A stretch of 64,000 nt of DNA from Eledone cirrhosa (lineage: Eukaryota), in the NCBI GenBank assembly GCA_964016885.1, contig OZ024744.1, positions 83,390,001-83,454,000 of the forward strand. The letters are read 5' to 3'. A program made the position numbers and the translations under genes. Shown here in pieces: positions 55,213 to 64,000 of the stretch. Under the pieces are notes generated by a model. The model ran no database searches, was not told where the DNA came from, and saw only the letters and a program-made list of their open reading frames with translations. Positions within the stretch are counted from its first letter, which is position 1. The number at the start of each line of letters is the position of its first letter.

Positions 55213-56729
55213 TATATACAATCACATGTATACATACTTACATACAGACGTACAGAACACACGTACAGAATTACATATGAAATAAAATGAAGTCGTTTAA
55301 AATATAAAGGAGACATTTTGGGAATACATACGTCTAAATACCAGAAATGTATAGATTGTTAGTATGATGAGTACGTGCCAAGAATACGCATTAATACGTA
55401 TATTACCTACACAGAAAAATATGAAAGATTCTATTGAAAATCCCTCTGATATCTTCAATCTAACAAACACTCTATAAATGAATTTAATACATTTTAATAT
55501 TCTACTTTGTGTAACGGTAGTGTGAAGAGAATCTCTAACGCGAGAGACGAAATATCTTGCGGCATTTAGTTACAGCACTTAAGTTGTGTTCAAATCTTAC
55601 AAGTCTTGACTTTATCTTTCATTTTTCCGGGGTGAAAATCAATAGATCATAGTACATTTTGCAACCGATTGGTTCTGTGTTCAATCCCAATATGCGGCAC
55701 CTTAAGCAAGAGATTTTTATCGTAGCCCCGATAGAAATTCAAATTAATATTATCATTCCATTAAACTGATAGAAGACAGAAAACGTTTGGAAATATATAT
55801 TCGTTTATATCTATTTAAATGTTTCTTAATCTTTTCAGACTGCTAGGGCTGGGCTCAAGGGTGCACCATCTTATAAATTATTGTCAATACAATTGACTCT
55901 AGTAATGTTTTACCGATTAGTATTTATTTCATCTACCAAAGAGGAATGAAAATGAAGTTACACAGGGCAGGATTTGGATACGGAATATAAAGGGACGTAA
56001 TTTAACACTACAAAGATTTCTCGAGAATCTTTTCTCCTCCGGTAATCGCTCTACCTTCCATGCAAAAGCATGATTTTTTAATACTTCGGACCAGGACCAG
56101 AAATACATTTGTGTGTGCAACTAATAGTTTCACGAACACATGATTCTATTTACCTGGTATTAAATTCATAGATTTTTAAAACAGCAGATATATTTTGTTT
56201 AGACTTCTACCAATTCTGCCATTCACAGTTATCTAATAACCGGAAATAACAATATACATGCATGTCAATGTGTGGCCTGCATGCTGCAATATCCAGAAAG
56301 AAATAATATGAAGATAAAAATTAAACAAAGAAGCCAAAACAACTACAGAAAAAGACTTTTAAAAGTTTCGGTGACAAATAGATGTTCAAACATAGAAAAG
56401 CGGAATCATAGTAATATTGGTTATCATTGTGAAGTCATCACACTAAAAGCGTATGGAAACTGTCGTAGCAAAGATGATAAAAAGGAATTGTTCTATCGCG
56501 TCAGCTGACGCCTTTCACATCTAAAGTCTTCAAATTCTATTATCAGAACGAATTCTTTTAAAGGAAAGGGCCTTCATTTACCTAATTAAAATTAAAGAAA
56601 TATCTTCTAGAGAATTAGAAAAGATTATAGGGAGGCAAACTCAAAGACAATCTTCTTTGACGCAACAGTGTTAAAAGATTATATAACCAAAAAATTGAGT
56701 AACGAGAAACAACAAATAGAATTCCATCC

Positions 56730-56805
<76 letters not shown>

Positions 56806-57071
56806 TCTCTCAACTCCCGCCCTCTCCCGCCCTCTGTCGCCCTCACTCGAACCCCGCTCTTAATATATATTAAGCGGGTGGGGGTGGTATTCGTAGGATG
56901 GCAACTATTAAATGCAAGTAATCAAAGAGTGGTACCAACTATGTCCACTGGGCTATTCTTTTGCAGACCTATATCTACGCACCTAATTCAGACAGGAATA
57001 TTGGAATGGGCCGTGCTCTGGATATTTTTCTTAATTATTCTATAACAAACGATTAATTGATAAAGTTTCAT

Positions 57072-57290
57072 AGCGGATTTGCAGTGTCAGTAGAGCGTCG
57101 GACATTATGCTTCGTGGCATAGAGTTATGTCCCTTTATGTTCTGAGTTCAAATCCTGCCGAGATTAACTTTGCCTTTCATCCTTACGGGATCGATGAAAT
57201 AAAGGACCAGTCACACACAGGGGTCGATTTAATCAACTTTCTCCTCTCTCCAAATTGCTGGCCTTGTGCCTAAACAAGAAACCATTATGA
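57072..57290 (+). mobile_element. SINE family 1, long variant
   Basis: B box, core, GGGTCGATTTAATC segment and tail. Confidence 0.85.
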
Positions 57291-58432
57291 TGATAGAGAA
57301 TACTTAAGTGATAATTCTTTTCCGTTTTTATTCACTGATGAAAATGATATAAAACCCATTTCTGCAATAATTCCCGTTGCGATGAGAATGATATTGAATA
57401 TCTTTCATTAACGTAATATCAAATGTAAAAAACAAAATATTAATTAAAATGCACGGTGTAGATTATTTAATTGACTAATGTCATTAGTGTGGCTAGTGGC
57501 AATGGACAAGTACTCATCCCAACCCCGACTCCAATTTCATTTCCATTTAGTTTCCCTGGTATATTTGTAGTCTAATATTAAACTAAGAAATTAATTTTAT
57601 TCATTAAATAAAATATCAAACAATCAGGCGCAATTTTCACACACCAAATGAAAATTAATAAATGAGGATTAGTAGTACCATTGGCCTTCTCATGAAACTT
57701 AGTGAAAAACAAAAGTAAAATATTTACGGTCATATAGAAGGGTTTCAAATGTGTCATATAGCGAGTTGAAAAATAATTATGAGCTGACATTATTCAAGCA
57801 ATTGGTAGATCGGAGTCTTTAAGATCTGACACAAACAGCCGAAAGAGTAAATCTAATTGGATCAGTGTACCGAAATGTTCGGATAAGGTCGACATTTGAG
57901 GTTGGGGTGGTTCTGGTTTTATAGCGTACGTAGGGATCTGTAAATATTTTTGGTGGATTATTAGAGAAACAACTATCCCAAACACACAGTTAGTTTAACT
58001 GTACACCTCTCTGACTGATCCTTACAGCTTTTATTATATTGGAGTTATAGGAAAAGGGCGTATCTCTCTCAATCTAAATGACAAATCAGCCTATTTTATT
58101 AATAAAATATATAATAAAGATTTAAAATCGACATCCTCATCTTCACCATTACTATCATCATGATTAGTATCAACAACACCGTTCCTACCTGTACCACCAT
58201 CAACATCTCCCATCATTTTCCGCTTCTTTCTCACTTTCTCATCATCATAATCCTCATCAAAATACTCTCTCTAATCTACATTTTCGTATGATTATACATG
58301 CAGTATTGTAACATATTCGAAGACATCTGCTAGTGTTTTAACTGTACCATATTTACACTTTTAACGACCGAATTCTCCAGATACGGACGAAATCCGGCAA
58401 ACGGAATATTTACATTAGTAATGTTATGTTGT

Positions 58433-58767
58433 GAAGGTACATGGTTTAGTGGTTAGAGCATTGGGCTTGCAACTAAGACGTTGTAAGTTCGATTCTCGGA
58501 CTGGGTAATGCATTGTGTCCTTGAGCAAGACACTTCATTTCACGCTGCTCCAGTTTACTCAGCTGTAGAAATGAGTGGCGATGTCACTGGTGCCAAGATG
58601 TATCTGCCATAGCCTTTCCCTTAGACATCATCGGTGGCGTAGAGAGGCGAGATTGGTATATATGGGCGACTGCTGGTCTTCCTCAAAAACCTTGGCCGGA
58701 CTTGTGCCTCGGAGGGAAACTTTCTAGGTGCAAATCACATGCTCATTCATGACCGAAGGGGGTCTTT
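58433..58767 (+). mobile_element. tRNA-derived SINE family 3 (CORE-like), apparently full length
   Basis: TGGTTTAGTGGTTAGAGC A box, AGTTCGATTC B box, TGTGTCCTTGAGCAAGACACTT core. Confidence 0.8.
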
Positions 58768-59419
58768 GAATGTTATATTTTTGAACTTCCATCAGTTTCA
58801 CCAACGTTTGTTCTAGTTGTTTGAAAAACCGAATAGCCACTTAATTCAAATACAAGTACAAGTAGCTGGGGTGTCGACAGACGTGTTTATTCTTAATACA
58901 TTCTGAAGACAATTTAGCATGACTGTGTATGACTAGGCTGGTCTTTATTAAATTAAATAAGGTACAAATTCATTTATCCAACTGAGCAGGTAGAAGGAAT
59001 GTGAAATAAAATATCTTGTTCAAGGCTACAACGTCCCGCTGTAAATCGTACTCACGACATTTTACGATCCTAAATCGAAAACCATAACCACTAAAACACA
59101 CTGTCAATGTAATGATGTTATACAATATTATATATTAGAGTATTGCAGCTGCCCCTCGTTTGACGGTTGTGTGGGTAAGAGAACATAAAGTGTGATAGTG
59201 TGTGCCCCCAAAGAAACTGGATATTCACTGGTTGGAATCGTTGGGAGGAGTGATTCTACGGAAGGTGGTGAAATTGGGATCCTCAGTCGATAACTGATGA
59301 CGGCAATGGAGTTTGTGTAAAAAATATATGTGAACTGGGTTCAAACACAAACACACACACACACATACGCATACATACAGACACACACACAAAATATATA
59401 AACACACTTACAGATATAT

Positions 59420-60090
<671 letters not shown>

Positions 60091-60807
60091 ATAATATAAT
60101 ATAATATAATATAATATAAGACATCATTCACTGTCCTGCTAGAATATCATTTATTTCCGAACTGATAACACACTCGGGCCTTACTTGATCTATGAGAACG
60201 TATAAACACCGAACACTTGTCTACAAGTGCTTTATCGTCCTCCACTCTTAGCATACGTTAATTCGCGTTATCGTTGCCAGTTGAAATGATAGAGTTTTCT
60301 CTCATGAGATAGCAAGCCTCTATTGACCGATAGATAAATGCTTGAATACATCATGGTCAGCCTTCGAATCAATCCTTCATGGAACAGATCGCTTTTCTGG
60401 CCTGCTTCCTTTCTTGGCAATCATTCTCTTGGTAGTTTCTACAGAATACAACTTTTCTATTATATGTGTCTATTTATTATTAATAAGTGTGTATGTGAGT
60501 TATTGTATATATGAATGTATGTATGTATGTATGTATGTATGTATGTATGTATGTATGTATGTATGTATGTATGTATGTATGTACGCTTGTACGGACGTAT
60601 GTATGTAGGTAAGTATGTACGGATGTTTGTGCGTATGTTTGAATGTATTTATATATGTATGTGTTATGTGTATGTGCGTGTGTATGTATGTGTATGTGTG
60701 TTTGTGATCGGGGTTGTACGTGATTAATCAATGTATGAGTGATTGTATGAATTTGCGCATACGCATCCGTCTACTTTTACTTTAGTGTTTATTTATATAT
60801 GTATCTA

Positions 60808-60903
<96 letters not shown>

Positions 60904-60907
60904 CATA

Positions 60908-61011
<104 letters not shown>

Positions 61012-61339
61012 CACACACATATATATATATATAAATATATATATATATATTTATATTTATATATATATATACATATATATATATGTGCGTGTGTGTGTGT
61101 GTGAGTGGTGTGTCTGTCTGTCTGTCTGTGTGAAAGTTGGTGATTGTGCGTGGAGTGATCCTGCTAGTACATATGTATATAGACGTGTATGGCTGGGAGT
61201 GCATATGTGTTTTGTCGGAATATATGTATAATTTTCACTTATGCATACTCGTATGTCCGTGCTTGTGTAAGACGACTGGCCACATGCCTTGTATAATAAA
61301 GAGAACATTATAGATATATGTATATATCTTTGAGTACAT

Positions 61340-61421
<82 letters not shown>

Positions 61422-61874
61422 TTCTTTATTTTTTTTTTAGATAGATATATTTCTTTATTATATATATATATATGCGAGTAGATTTGTTGTCTGTGTGCGT
61501 ATGTGCTCGGGTGCGCGCGCGCGTGCCTGTGTGTGTGTATGTGTGTGTGTGCTTTTAAGACTATAAGAATATGTGCTTGTGAATATAATATTTTTGCCAA
61601 TCTGTGTGCGTATATTGATATATATGTCGAGATAAAAAAAATACATATTGTATTCTATTACTTGTTGATGTGTACAGAATTAATTACGCTGCAAGAATAA
61701 AGCTAATATTTGGAATGAGCCAACAAATAGCAGGTTGATGATATTCATTAAAAAAAAAAAAAAAATGAACTATACAACACACGCGCACACGTAGTTTCGA
61801 TATTGGTGTATTATATTCGATACCAGTAATATACTGGTTTTCAATAAAGAAACTCATCTTTTGCAATAAATAAA

Positions 61875-61950
<76 letters not shown>

Positions 61951-62004
61951 AATAAATATATGAATATATATATAAATGAATATATATATATTCATATATT
62001 TATT

Positions 62005-62371
<367 letters not shown>

Positions 62372-62384
62372 CATATATTATATA

Positions 62385-62520
<136 letters not shown>

Positions 62521-63475
62521 TCACACACAAATAAATGAAAATGAAATATTTAAACGCAGAATATTATGGAATTTTTGCTCATAATGTAATCACCGTAATT
62601 AAGAACAAACAAATTCCTAAACATAGAAACACTTCAGTCATTATAAAATATCGACTAAGTGTATAATATAATTTCAAATAAACTATGGCTGAGAAAAATA
62701 GATGAGGTGTTAGCGTCTAGAACGTCTTTAGTCATATATGTCTATTAGATCAAGGTTAATCTAGGGCTAAACAGCAACGTCGTAAACAATAATAAGCAGT
62801 AAGAATCTCTTATTCCAGACTTCACAGTTCTTTCAAGGTCGAGTCAATTTTAATTAATTTAAAACCACGTGCCCCTTGGACACAAGCTGAAGATCATAAA
62901 CTATTTTTTCCTGTATCGTAGAAATATATCTGACTTGTGGATCTAACAATTAATCAAACTCATTAATAGGATTGTTCATTTCTGCAGAAGAAATTCTTGT
63001 TTTTCATGTAAGAGAGATACTAGAGTATGTGTAGTATGGAAATTAAAGTGCATGAGTGTGTAAGTGAAAGGGATTTAATCGAGTATTGAAATGTGGATAG
63101 AATTTCATGTTGCTGATAATATACCACATTCTCTACCGTCTTAACTGAGATGGCATTGATAGTAATGGAGCATGATTAAGCTAGGGTTTAATTTAAAGGG
63201 TAACAATCCGGTGACATTAATAAATAGAACAATAAAATAAGGAGATTATATATATATCTTTAACAAACCCTTTCATTATTGCTTCCCTTTCAAAATTAGA
63301 TTCCACCATCTATATATAATATATATTCGTGCGCGCCCGTGTGTGTGCATGTGTGTGCGTGCGTGTGTGTGTATGTATGTATATATATATATATATAAAT
63401 CCATATATATATATAGACATACGTCTATGATTTAATAACTTAATTTTTTACTTTTCACAATTAACTCACATTATA

Positions 63476-63582
63476 ATCCCGCCGAGGTTAACTTTGCCTT
63501 TCATCCTTACGGGGTCGATAAAATAAAGTACCAGTAATGCACTGAGTTTGTGCTGGCCTTGTGCCAAAGGTAGAAACAATTA
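63476..63582 (+). mobile_element. 5'-truncated SINE family 1
   Basis: AATCCCGCCGAGGTTAACTTTGCCTTTCATCC core to GTAGAAACAATT tail. Confidence 0.85.
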
Positions 63583-64000
63583 TATTAAAATTACTTTAAT
63601 AATGTTTTTTTTTTGTTTTTTTTTGTTATTTTTTTTATCCACCTTATCCATCCTATCCATCTGGATATTTACCCACCACACACCTACCAAAACATTGTTT
63701 TCCTCGTAGGAATATCTGATTCTTTAATTGTATTTCACCACTATAAAACCATTCCAAAATCACCAAATCTTTCATAGTTTCCTGACATCTGTTTTTAGTT
63801 GCTCTTTTTCTTATAACACTGCCATATTTAACGTATTGATATGATGGACAAGATAAGTTTTTCATTCTATCCGTTTATTATTTCTATTCTTCTATATTCT
63901 TCTATTCTGATATTCTTCTGTCCTTATGTTCTTTTTACTCTTTTTGTCTCCTATGTTTCTCCGGTTCTCTTTCTGTTTTCCCTTACATTTTTTTTCTCTC

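Overview
AT-rich, microsatellite-saturated eukaryotic DNA. The SINE and repeat landscape suggests a cephalopod such as Octopus (inference only). There is a 200-N gap at 3308-3507 and no convincing multi-exon host gene; nearly all ORF-track entries are translated (TA)n/(CA)n/(GA)n/triplet repeats. Real coding remnants are all retroelements: a 5'-truncated Penelope-like element (RT + GIY-YIG, 43102-44326), a second Penelope 3' end (~53520), a CR1/L2-group LINE (25136-26137, minus), R4/Dong-type RLE LINE fragments (17110-18400), four head-to-tail Tx1/L1-type LINE pieces in (ATT)n (45290-48140), and a probable CRE-like C-terminus. About 20 copies of one tRNA-derived SINE (several with 16-19 bp TSDs), two other SINE families, a TTAA/piggyBac-type MITE and a TA/mariner-type MITE are also present. 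The main signal is a dense population of short non-coding fold-back elements in (TA)n tracts, from several sequence families. They carry type I hammerhead ribozymes: six with intact CUGAUGA/GAAA/NUH cores, about four near-intact, and several half motifs. In one family the helix III is itself an (AU)n run and helix II shows compensatory variation. These look like a ribozyme-bearing, microsatellite-associated system of Penelope pLTR-derived non-autonomous elements. All folds were paired by eye and no activity is demonstrated.
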